Program-made: the position numbers and the translations under genes | In this document: positions 11,789 to 22,844 of the stretch, one piece after another | Numbering within the stretch: the stretch's first letter is position 1 | How the letters are laid out: every line of letters starts with the position of its first letter | Notes under the pieces: model-generated | The model's input: the letters and a program-made list of their open reading frames with translations, nothing else | Told to the model about the DNA's origin: nothing | Databases searched by the model: none | DNA from: Octopus sinensis | Lineage: Eukaryota | Assembly: GCF_006345805.1 (NCBI RefSeq) | Contig: NC_043013.1 | Location: 43,214,001 to 43,278,000, forward strand | DNA length: 64,000 bases | Direction of reading: 5' to 3'

Positions 11789-11860
11789 TGCTTGGCCGGA
11801 GCGAGAGCAGTTGTCTGTTCGTCTTCGCTACGTAAGGTTAGTTTATTTATGATGTATTCA

Positions 11861-11932
11861 GAATCAGTTCTGCTGACGATCATTAGACGCAAGTTGTATG
11901 TGATGAAATCACGGTGATACAGAACATAATTC
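11861..11932 (+). ncRNA. Type I hammerhead ribozyme (family C), copy 6
   Basis: Core intact; 3-nt insertion just before GAAA. Confidence 0.65.
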
Positions 11933-12334
11933 ATTTTTAAATGTCTTGCTTGAAAAAACTGCATTTGGGTATGATTAGTATAATTTTGGTAGTAATGACT
12001 CTGTCCCTCCTAGTGTGAGGCATTATGTGTAATAATGCCCTCTATACAATATAGATATAATTAATTTGTTCAGAAGAAAAAAATTATTTTCGGATTCTTT
12101 TCTTTTATGGGTTTTCACGCTAGCTACCTGATAATTTCTTGTTAATCCCTTACTAAGAGATTATCCTTAATTGTTAAACTTATTCCGAAATACTTTTCAT
12201 TACCGACATGCAGTTCGTAAAAAGCCCGCCATTTACCGGATATATGATTTATAAACATTCCATGTGCTTGGCCGGAGAGAGCAGTTGTCTGTTCGTCTTC
12301 GCTACGTAAGGTTAGTTTATTTATGATGTATTCA

Positions 12335-12407
12335 GAATCAGTTCTGCTGACGATCATTAGACGCAAGTTGTATGTGAAATCACGGTGATACAGACAGAAC
12401 ATAATTC
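12335..12407 (+). ncRNA. Type I hammerhead ribozyme (family C), copy 7
   Basis: Core intact; CAGA duplicated in the 3' strand of stem I. Confidence 0.7.
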
Positions 12408-12809
12408 ATTTTTAAATGTCTTGCTTTGAAAAACTGCATTTGGGTATGATTAGTATAATTTTGGTAGTAATGACTCTGTCCCTCTAGTGTGAGGCATTTA
12501 TGTGTAAAATGCCCTCTATACAATATAGATATATTAATTTGTTCAGAAGAAAAAAATTATTTTCGGATTCTTTTCTTTTATGAGGTTTTCACGCTAGCTA
12601 CCTGATAATTTCTTGTTAAGATCCTTACTAAGAGATTATCCTTAATTGTTAAACTTATTCCGAAATACTTTTCATTACCCGACATGCAGTTCGTAAAAAG
12701 CCCGCCATTTACCGGATATATGATTTATAAACATCCATGTGCTTGGCCGGAGAGAGCAGTTGTCTGTTCGTCTTCGCTACGTAAGGTTAGTTTATTTATG
12801 ATGTATTCA

Positions 12810-12877
12810 GAATCAGTTCTGCTGACGATCATTAGACGCAAGTTGTATGTGAAATCACGGTGATACAGAAATAATTC
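12810..12877 (+). ncRNA. Type I hammerhead ribozyme (family C), copy 8
   Basis: Core intact; one C missing in stem I. Confidence 0.7.
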
Positions 12878-13285
12878 ATTTTTAAATGTCTTGCTTTGAA
12901 AAACTGCATTTGGGTATGATTAGTATAATTTTGGTAGTAATGACTCTGTCCCTCCTAGTGTGAGGCATTTATGTGTAATAATGCCCTCTATACAATATAG
13001 ATATAATAATTTGTTCAGAAGAAAAAAATTATTTTCGGATTCTTTTCTTTTATGAGGTTTTCACGCTAGCTACCTGATAATTTCTTGTTAAGATCCCTTA
13101 CTAAGAGATTATCCTTAATTGTTAAACTTATTCCGAAATACTTTTCATACCCGACATGCAGTTCGTAAAAAGCCCGCCATTTACCGGATATATGATTTAT
13201 AAACATCCATGTGCTTGGCCGGAGAGAGAGAGCAGTTGTCTGTTCGTCTTCGCTACGTAAGGTTAGTTTATTTATGATGTATTCA

Positions 13286-13353
13286 GAATCAGTTCTGCTG
13301 ACGATCATAGACGCAAGTTGTATGTGAAATCACGGTGATACAGGAACATAATC
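13286..13353 (+). ncRNA. Type I hammerhead ribozyme (family C), copy 9
   Basis: CUGACGA, GAAA, stem III and UA are intact; several 1-nt indels in the stems. Confidence 0.65.
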
Positions 13354-14469
13354 ATTTTTAAATGTCTTGCTTTGAAAAACTGCATTTGGGTATGATTAGT
13401 ATAATTTTGGTAGTAATGACTCTGTCCCTCCTAGTGTGAGGCATTTATGTGTAATAATGCCCTCTATACAATATATATTATATTATATAATTATATATAT
13501 ATATATATTATATATAATTATATATAATACACACACACACACACACACACACATAAACGTGTGTAAAGATAAGATCCAATAATCAAGGTGTAGGAAGATA
13601 GTAAGCTCTGAGCAGTCCATAGAAGGTATTAAAAAAAAAACTTCTTCCAGGAATAATAGAGGTTTATTGGTGTAGAAGGTTACTCATTTACTTGTTTCAG
13701 TTATTTGACTGCGGCCATGCTGGAGGACCACCTTTAGTCGAATAAATCGACCCCTAGGACTTATTCTTTGTAAGCTTAGTACTTATTCTATCGGTCACTC
13801 TTGCCGAACCGCTAAGCTATGGGTACGTAAATACACCAGCGTCAGCTGTCAAGCGATGTTGGGGTGGACAAACAGAGACACACAAACATATATATATATA
13901 TAACACAGGCAGGATCTCCAAGTAACTTGCAAGACAAAGATCTTTTGAATAAGGTGATCTTGTACCAGTTGATGAAAGATTAAAGTGTGACAGAGAGACA
14001 GAAAAAAGGTGTCTTGCTGTGATGGAGATACATGGTTACCCGGTCTAAGAGAAGGGAAGAGAATGGAGTGATCAAGATTGAAGCCAGTAATGGGTGTGTT
14101 GCTGTAGAGGAGATACATAGTTAACCAGTCAGAAGGATAGAGCAAGAAGAAGAGAGTGGAAGAGAGCAAGAATGCAAGCAAGCAGAAGAGTTAGTCTCTG
14201 ATATACAAATAGATTTTATGGAACACATTTGATCAAAGGCCTTCTGAATGGAATCTAATTTGGTGGTGGTGAGTGGGGGGGGGGCAATCAATAACAACAA
14301 TGTATTTAGAAAACACCAGTGAGAGAAACTCTTCATGGAAACAGAGCATCTGTAGGCTGGAAGTTGAAATGTTGTTAGGTAATTCTTCAAGTGGCTGTGA
14401 AGAGGAACTTCCTGTGTGCGATCCCAGTCATTCATGACCAAAGGAGATCTACTGATCCCCATTATTTAA

Positions 14470-14504
14470 ATATATATATCTCTATATATATATAAACAGC
14501 AAAA

Positions 14505-14535
<31 letters not shown>

Positions 14536-14862
14536 CCTTTATACAAATCCACAATTTTTCAGTTAGAGGGCTTGCACTTTCTATGGTCATTCAAAACCGT
14601 CCAAGGGTGGTCGTGCACATCTTTACATTTCCCCAGTCACCCCGCAAAGCCATTACAAAATCAATAGAAGTGACTTTTTTGTGAATTTTCTATCCAAAAC
14701 CCAATCAAAATGCCCGAAACTTGACATGCCAATTGAATGCCAGCTAGCTGTATGTGATTGGTCAGAGATTTGGACAGTACTCGTGTGTATGTGCACATGC
14801 ACACAGCTGTATATGCATGCACTAGCACTATGACCCGGCATTGCTGGGTCTTAGTGCTAGTT
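14470..14862 (+). mobile_element. Non-autonomous Helentron/DINE-like element
   Basis: 5' tctatatatataaa, internal (TG)n, 3' hairpin ending in ctagt. Homologous to the reverse copy at 56689-57060. Confidence 0.7.
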
Positions 14863-16228
14863 ATATATATAATTCACTTTGCCCCAGTTCACTCAACAGT
14901 AGAAATAAGCTGCAATGTCATTGGTGCCAAGCTGTATCAGCTTTTCCTTTGGATAACATCGGTAGCATGGAGAAGGGAGAATGCCTGGACTTGTGCCTCG
15001 GAGTGGAACTTTCCAGGTGCAATCCCATGGTCATTCATGACCGAAGGGGGCCCATTCATAGTATCAGTTGGTCATGTTTGAGAATTCAGTTTAATGACAG
15101 TTGATTCTGATAGGATCATGTGCAGGAGGTACCTGAAATATCTACCCTAGAGGTGCAGTGAAACTGGAATAGAATACAACGGAAGGTAATTTCATTCTAT
15201 TTAATAAACATTATCAATGTAAGCAGAGAGACATGCAAACTACCAATCACTGGATTATGTATTCAGTCGATCTGAAACTTCAACATTTTAAAAAACCAAT
15301 ACACACACACACAAAGCAGGAGCTAACTAGGAAGTTTCTGTGAGGTCACTCAATCCGCTAGAAATAGCAACTAGATTTCCATCAAGCCACATATAAGCTT
15401 CATTTTCTTTCCTTACATTTTAGTCAGTGGATGAAGGACAGCAGCCATGATAAGTTTCAGGGCTTCCCTGACTGGTGGTGGTAGTGGGGTGGGATTGTTG
15501 TCCTCACACTGGAGTCTTGAATCCAAGGGCCAAGTGGATTAAGCCTACCTTTCAAGGACAGGAACAACCTCTTCAATAGGCTTTTTGCAGTTTCCATTAA
15601 TCAAATTTCACTCTTAAAGACTACAGTAAAAAAAAAAAAAAAATTATTCATGAAGCAGAGCAGAGGGATTGAACCTGAAATTATGAAGTTGTGAAGTGAA
15701 CTCCTTTACCACACAGACATGCACAGAAAGGGGACAACGAATAATGCAGATCCTGGTATGCAATCTCCTAGAAGACAGGGCTTGTAGGGAGGGTCATGAC
15801 TGGAACGTCAGGTCATTAACCTCCTTAGGACACACAGCAGCAAAACAACAAAGACAACAAGAATACATACAGTTTTGTAATTAAAAAGTAAAAATGTTGT
15901 GAGATAAAATTCCATCTTTTTTAAAAATTGGAAATAAAAATAAAAATTATATTTTTTAAATAAATTTTATTTAAAAAGTTTGTCTCACACCCACCCAGTC
16001 TCCAGTTGCATGAGATCTTCAACATTTAAATATTTGCATGAGATGTCTGTGGCAGTGTGGGGTGTATGTGCATATATATATACATATATAATATAAATCT
16101 CTCTGTATATATATATATTAAATAAATAAATAGATATACATTTATTATATATAGATTTATTGATTTATATATATATATTTATTTATATTTATTGATTTAT
16201 ATATATATATATTTATTTATATTTATTG

Positions 16229-16270
<42 letters not shown>

Positions 16271-18328
16271 GATCTATATATTATTATATCATCACGGACG
16301 TTAAACGATGATGATATAATAATATATATCTATATATATATATATATATATGTATGTATATTCTGACAAATAGATATTAATTGAGTTTCTGTCTTTTTAG
16401 CAGGGGACATGAGTTGACACTTTTAGGATGAAACAAGGGAATGAGATTTAGTGATCTTCATTCATGGCCCTTCCCAATGACATCAGTAATGTCAATGAAA
16501 TGAATTAACAGCTACAACCAGGAATCTGAATCAGGTTCTAAAGCTGTTTTGTAGAGAGGTCATCGTGTTTATAGATTTTTGTCCCAATAAATAAATAAAT
16601 AAAATAAATATAATTTAACTATTCAATTTATAAAATTTTTTTTTCTTGAAAATTATTTTGTCAGTTTAATAGAAGCCAGTATGGGTTGAACAGGTGTTAA
16701 ATATTTAAATACTGAGTGCAGTTTCGTACTTTGACACAAGGCATGTTAGGAGAAAGGAAATGAGATCATGTCGTTTTCATTGTCAAGGTCCAATGAAAAA
16801 AAAAAAAGCTTCAGCAGCAAAAAAAAAAAATAATATAAAAATAAAAAATAAAAATACCCCACAAAAAAAAAAAAGTCTTGCATACTCAGCCTGTCAGAGG
16901 GTAAGCAGTTTATCTCTTTGTAAGTTGTGCTTATCACTGTGAGATTGAACTTGAGTGATCCACATTAGAATGATGATATTAGGGTTTGAACCCAGAATGT
17001 ATACTTTGTAAGTGGTGCTTATCACTGCATGATTGAGATTGAGTGATCTACAATAGAGCTGACCTTGGTAGGGTTTGAACCCAGAATGTACAGGGCCATA
17101 ATTACTAAACACTGTAAGGCATTTTGTCCATCATTCTGACAATTGGTTTAGAATGCTCTTGATAAAAAAAACACAAACATTACATACGTTATTCTCCTCC
17201 TTTCCATTCATACCCTTCCTTTATGATTATGATAGTTATATTTCATCTTGGAGTTTCCTTTTGTTTGAACCATTGGACAAGTTGCTTGATATCCATCTGT
17301 AGAGCTGGTTTTTACAAAGGTAAAGAGCTATGTAATTGAGGAACCATTACTCCTGGGCAGCAGGCAGCACAACAAGTAGCAGTGTTTTGTTATTTTAAAT
17401 TCTTGATGAATTATTCAGAAGAAGCAATGCAGCATCAACGACCCTTTTTCAGGGTCATTTGGGATTTGGTGGGACAAAAGGAAGAAGTTATCCTCAGACG
17501 AGAGACTTCGCTTGAATACTTACAACATCGACATTGCTGAAGGCATCTCAAGGGTCAGATGGTTTAACACCAGATTGTGATGTTAAGGAGGATGATGGAT
17601 TAAGTTTACAATCTGGTTAGATTAGACCTGAGGAAAGCATTGTAGTTATGGCATTATTGCTTTGAGGCTACACAAGGAAAAGCATGTGGGAAGGTTATAA
17701 CTCACAATATATTTCTGGAATATTAAAAATAAATGCGCAGTTTAATGACTCGGTTATGACACTTGAATTTCTTTTGTTCTTCATATCATTGCTTTTTATC
17801 ATCATTACTTTTTTTTCAAAAAATTTCATGTCATTCTTTTCTATTTTGATATAAAGGCCATTTTGGTGGTGTTGAGTTGAAATTGTTAGGTTGGTATTTT
17901 CTCTTCCCCTTTCTCTCCACGATTGATGAATTATAGATGCTGAGGAATATTTCTTCGGACCAACGAGTTCATTTATGACCAAACAGAACTAAGCATGGAC
18001 AGAGATGGTTTGTGTTGTACCACACAATCACTGTATATAACCATACAGAACTAGACACGACCAGAAATACTGAAGAGTTCCTTCAGACCAGAGAGACCAT
18101 GCACGGCCAAATGGAACTAAGCATGGACAGACATAGTTTGAGCTGTACCAGACACTGGATATAACCATACAGGACTAGATATGACTAAACATCACCAAAC
18201 ACTTGCAGACTTGACCAACACAGAACCAGAGACACCTTCTGAGGTACTGTACTTATCATTACAACTCAGATGGTTGAAGCAAGCATATTATGTGTGTGTG
18301 CGTATGTGCATGAGGTGAGACGGTGAGC

Positions 18329-19855
18329 TTACTCCCACCAAAAACTAACAGAAAAGCTAACTGACAGGGATTTTACAAAATGCCAATACTTCGGAGGAAG
18401 ATACAACATTTCACCCGGCTCTAATATAAATTCATTATAATTGAGGTTTTTAAAACATGGGAATTTCTCCAAGTTTGGATTTTCCACATCTACTTGACTT
18501 GTGTTGTCAAGAAGGTGGCTGTCATACGGATAGAGTGATTCAGTGTCTTGAGGGGAATAAAGGCGGATGAGTTTCTTTCCAAACACTTGACACAGAAAAT
18601 TATGTTTAGGGTCGTTATGTAGGGGCGAGACTGTTCCTTTCGGTCCAAACCAAGCGTTTACATCAACATCTTCACACGTTCCCAGACAACAATATATAGG
18701 AATACTTATATCGTTCCTCAGTTCTTGGATTTGGTCAAAAAGCTGGTGCTGGGCTAAATACCCAACATTATCAGTTCCTTGTTTGGGATCGATGATAAAC
18801 TCATCAATGAAACTGGAGATTGTCATTAATTTCTGGCTCCAAGAATCCTCAGTGTACTTTGAGCCAATTTCAACAGGAACCAGACGGGCGCCTGCAACAC
18901 TTTTGATGTAATCTAAATTCCATGGCCGGCTGCTCATGGCCGGCCAGTAGTTAATGGCGTTAGTTATGATGACTGGACAATTCATGTTGTAGAAATTCTT
19001 ATGGAAGTGTTCTAAAGATGGACATTTAACTTTGGTGATTGGTAAGTTGAAAGTGCTGACTTTGGTCAGAAATGGTTCACTGTTATTATTCTCAATAGTT
19101 CTAACACATGTCACACCATTCTCACTTCTCAACGATGAAGATGATAATATGCTATTAGTCTCCATCTCCTTTGTTTTGTCCACAATGTTGTTGCAAACAT
19201 CGCTAGGTTTTTCTAGGATCAATCTGTTAGTCGAGACTTTTTCCAAGCAGTTTTCTACAGCATGGTTGTGAACAGATTCATCAACACTATTTAATCTCTT
19301 ATCCTGAGACACCATAACAGTGTTGGCGTTACCTTCTTCTTCTTCCTCGGGAGCCACAGATAACACGGCCGGCTGATTTCTACTTAATTTCTGCGTTCCT
19401 TGGTTTTGTTTTGTAGAACAGAACAATCTATGAACAGAAGAGGCTAAATTTGTTAAGTTATTTCCTTCAAGAGGTGAACCCATCAGTAAGCCCATATCAC
19501 AAGATTTAAGGACATCAGTGGCAGAAATGCTGGACTCTTGGTCTGACGTAAGCCACAAGGCCAGCTGGGAACAGGCTTTACAAAGGGAGACAACTGAATA
19601 TGAGATACGCCAATGCATGGATACAGTTTTCCAATGACCCTTATTAAGCATTTCCCATATTCTGTCCAGCAGGATGGAACTCTGTGCTAGGCAGTCATAG
19701 TAATGGCCATTGTATAGGCTATCGACACATTTATTTAGAAGGTGATCAAAGGCAGGATCAAGTGACTGTCGGTCAAGTATTTGATCTAGTAAATCCTCTT
19801 TGTTATCTGGGATGTGAGACTTGAGGATGTCTGAAGCTTCCTCTCTGGTTGTCAT
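18329..19855 (-). CDS. KDM8: JmjC-domain protein 5 / lysine-specific demethylase 8 (2OG-Fe(II) hydroxylase), 508 aa, single coding exon
   Basis: Contains [59 protein letters not shown] (HxD), WHFVKSLS and FSVSFWW. Acceptor tttttttccAG lies just upstream of 19869, with ATG at 19855. Confidence 0.95.
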   Translation of the reverse strand: MTTREEASDILKSHIPDNKEDLLDQILDRQSLDPAFDHLLNKCVDSLYNGHYYDCLAQSSILLDRIWEMLNKGHWKTVSMHWRISYSVVSLCKACSQLALWLTSDQESSISATDVLKSCDMGLLMGSPLEGNNLTNLASSVHRLFCSTKQNQGTQKLSRNQPAVLSVAPEEEEEGNANTVMVSQDKRLNSVDESVHNHAVENCLEKVSTNRLILEKPSDVCNNIVDKTKEMETNSILSSSSLRSENGVTCVRTIENNNSEPFLTKVSTFNLPITKVKCPSLEHFHKNFYNMNCPVIITNAINYWPAMSSRPWNLDYIKSVAGARLVPVEIGSKYTEDSWSQKLMTISSFIDEFIIDPKQGTDNVGYLAQHQLFDQIQELRNDISIPIYCCLGTCEDVDVNAWFGPKGTVSPLHNDPKHNFLCQVFGKKLIRLYSPQDTESLYPYDSHLLDNTSQVDVENPNLEKFPCFKNLNYNEFILEPGEMLYLPPKYWHFVKSLSVSFSVSFWWE

Positions 19856-19898
19856 AGTGATAGCCTCACCTGGAAAAAAAAAAAGAAATATAACTATA

Positions 19899-20134
19899 TG
19901 TTTCTTTATTACCCACAAGGGGCTAAATATAGAGGGGACAAGCAAGGACAGACAAATGGATTAAGTTGATTACATCAACCCCAGTGTGTAACTGGTACTT
20001 AATTTTATTGACCCCTAAAGGATGAAAGGCAAAGTCGACCTTGGCGGAATTTGAACTCAGAACGTAACGGCAGACGAAATACGGCTACACATTTCGCCTG
20101 GTGTGCTAACAGTTCTGTCAGCTCGCCGCCTTAT
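19899..20134 (-). mobile_element. Full-length family 1 SINE with 15-bp TSD, next to the KDM8 splice acceptor
   Basis: agaaatataactata occurs at 19884-19898 and 20135-20149. Confidence 0.9.
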
Positions 20135-20550
20135 AGAAATATAACTATAACAGGAAAAAATGTTAATGACTGACACTTAATAATATTGATTTCTCCCAGG
20201 GGCGTACACACCGTCATTACTACCAGCTATTCCCTTCCCTGATATTGCAGCAGCAACAGCCGCTGCTGTCATCAGTATTTTCACCAGAACCCTTTTAATG
20301 TCCCCTTTTTTCCATGCTGGCATGAATTGGGTGAGAATTCTCGAGGTAAAATTCTATGGTACCTAACCATAGAATGGTGAGATAGCCTTCCTGATGCCTT
20401 ACTTGTTTTCAAATAAGGTACATTTTATTGCACTGGAGTTAGTATGTTGGAACTACTGAGTTTTGGGACTTTTTGGTCATGTGGGACACAAACATACAAA
20501 GATATATCATCATTTAACATTTGTTTTTCCATGGTGGCAATGTATGTATG

Positions 20551-20595
<45 letters not shown>

Positions 20596-20888
20596 GCATA
20601 TACACATGCATATGTGGGCACAGGACATGACAAAACAATCAACAAAAAATACGAAGTACGATGCATATATATATATATTATTTATATTATTATTATATGA
20701 TTGAATGCTACGCATCCTTTTCCAAGTATATATATATATATATATACATACTGGCGATAGTGGAAGCAAATAAACAGAGGATAAATCGAGCCTCCATCAT
20801 CAGTGTAGAAAAAAATCTTACATTTCAAATCATGATGCAGATTTTTTTTTTTTTTTCATTCTCTCTTCTTTTTTTATTCCTTTTAATC

Positions 20889-20924
20889 CTTTCTGTCAAA
20901 GAGCATAGGCTTGAAACGGAAAAG
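20889..20924 (+). ncRNA. Minimal type I hammerhead (family E), degenerate core
   Basis: CUUU CUGUCAA A GAGC auag GCUU GAAA CG GA AAAG. Its flank is homologous to 38480-38610. Confidence 0.45.
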
Positions 20925-21000
20925 ATGTTTCCAGTCATCCCAAGTGTTAAAGTAATACACCTGCTTGTTCTTCCTACATCTTATGTTTTCTGTAAATTTG

Positions 21001-21039
<39 letters not shown>

Positions 21040-21056
21040 GTGACAGTTATTCAGTA

Positions 21057-21127
21057 GCCATGATAAAACTCTGAGTTTCGGATGTCGGGGCAGAAACCCA
21101 TGCCACCATCTCTTCAGTTATTGGGCC
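21057..21127 (-). ncRNA. Type I hammerhead (family D), intact core
   Basis: AUAA CUGAAGA GAUG..GGCA-loop-UGCC..CAUC C GAAA CUC A GAG UU|UUAU. Confidence 0.7.
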
Positions 21128-21134
21128 ATTGATG

Positions 21135-21204
21135 GCCTGATAACTGTGGAGATGGCGGCGTGGGTTTCCGCCCCGATATCCTAAACTCAGAGTTTTATCA
21201 TGGC
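21135..21204 (+). ncRNA. Type I hammerhead (family D), core mutated, stem I intact
   Basis: GCC UGAUAA CUGUGGA ... UAAA CUC A GAG UU UUAUCA U GGC. Confidence 0.55.
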
Positions 21205-21301
21205 TACCGAATAATTGTCACATATTATATTTACAGATAAATTCCTCTATTTACATAATATCGAGGTCTCTTTCATTCTTTTGTTGTCTTACCATTTCTA
21301 T

Positions 21302-21337
<36 letters not shown>

Positions 21338-21965
21338 GGGGCACTTGTCTACTTTTTGCAAATTTCACTCACAAGGTACTGGTTGAGCTGAAACTATAAC
21401 AGCAGATATTTAGCCAAAGTACAACAAAATGGAATCAAACTTGAAACCCCATTGTTGTAAAGTAAACTTGTCTTTTAACCATAAGGCCTTAAATACATTT
21501 ATTTGGTGAGATTACTTTCAATTAACCCTTTAACACTGATTAATCTGTCAAATGTAATACTAATTTATTCACATTGTTTTAAATTAATCATTCATTATCT
21601 CGTAGCTTTGAGATTTCAATGATGTGACTGTTTTTAGAATGACATTGTAGGGTAAGTGTGAGAGGCCAGATCTGGCCGGCTTGAATATAGAACAAGTAGA
21701 ATGTTTGGGATGGTCATGGCTGGTTTAAATGCCACAGGGTTAAATCATCTCCAGTACTTCACAGGTAATCCTTTTATCAACCCAAGAAGATCAAAAGTCA
21801 AAAATCAATTTTGGCAGGATTTGATCATTGAACAGGGATACAACTAAATATTGCAAGCCTTCTATGTGGAGCCCCACCAATTGTGACACCCATAAATATA
21901 TTGGTTTCTAACATAGGTGTATAAAGTCACAAATTTGAGAGGGTGTACAGATAATTAAATCAATG

Positions 21966-22418
21966 TTATTTCTTTATTGCCTACAAGGAGCTAAACATAG
22001 AGGGGACAAACAAGGACAGACAAAGGGATTAAGTCGATTACATCGACCCCAGTGTGTAACTGGTACTTAATTTATCGACCCTGAAAGGATGAAAGGCAAA
22101 GTCGACCTCGGCGGAATTTGAACTCAGAACGTAGCGGCAGATGAAATACCACTAAGCATTTCGCCCGGCGTGCTAACGTTTCTTATTTCTTTATTGCTCA
22201 CAAAGAGCTAAACATAGAGGGAACAAACAAGGACAGACAAAGGGATTAAGTCGATTAGATCGACCCCAGTGCGTAACTGGTACTTAATTTATCGATTCTG
22301 AAAGGATGAAAGGCAAAGTCGATCTCAGTGGAATTTGAACTCAGAACATAGCGGCAGACAAAATACCGCTAAGCATTTCGCCCGGCATGCTAACGTTTCT
22401 GCCAGCTCGCCGCCTTAT
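21966..22418 (-). mobile_element. Family 1 SINE dimer with ~16-bp TSD
   Basis: Two head-to-tail copies flanked on both sides by ataattaaatcaatgt. Confidence 0.85.
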
Positions 22419-22844
22419 AATTAAATCAATGTACTTGATTGAGTCTTTATTTTATTGGTACTGGAATTAATGGGAAGTAGAGCTGACCTTAGTAGGGCTT
22501 GAACCCAGAATGTACAGAGCCAAAATGACTAAATGCTGTAAAGCATTTTGTTCTTGATAATGCTCTTGATAAAAGCACAAACATTACATATGTTATTCTC
22601 ATCCTTTCCACTCACAGCCATCCTTTATAAATGTGATGCCTTCATCAATATCACCAGCAGCAACATCAAACGTCTATTTACCATGCTGACATGGGTTGGA
22701 CGGTTTGACAGGAGCCGCACCAAATCCCAAAGTTTGTTTTGGGTTGGTTTCCACAGCTGGATGATTCTTCCTAATGCCAACCCCTTTACAGAGTGTAGTG
22801 GGTGCTTTTTTACATGGCACATTCACAAGTGCTTTTATGTGGCA

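Larger units (their letters stand above)
9570..13475. repeat. ~475-bp tandem array (~8.2 units, 9 hammerheads) with an internal inversion at ~11790; retrozyme-like
   Basis: Spacings between successive HHR starts are 473, 477, 479 and 472 on the left and 474, 475 and 476 on the right. Copies differ almost only by small indels, and both ends lie in (TA)n tracts. Confidence 0.95.
21035..21305. mobile_element. PLE pLTR-like fragment with a 95-bp-arm palindrome (family D), inserted in (TA)n
   Basis: 21035-21129 is an imperfect reverse complement of 21132-21226, with (TA)n on both sides. Confidence 0.8.

Noticed and set aside
9570-13475. CRISPR-like or rDNA-like interpretation of the array
   Set aside because: Units are identical throughout with no unique spacers, there are no rRNA or snRNA motifs, and the context is eukaryotic.
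17415-17580. Possible + strand exon (KKQCSINDPFSGSFGIWWDK...)
   Set aside because: No recognisable homology, in-frame stop, and no partner exon.
18329-19945. 538-aa start for KDM8 given in the ORF track
   Set aside because: The first ~25 codons run through a SINE tail, the TSD and the polypyrimidine tract or acceptor. The likely start is the ATG at 19855.
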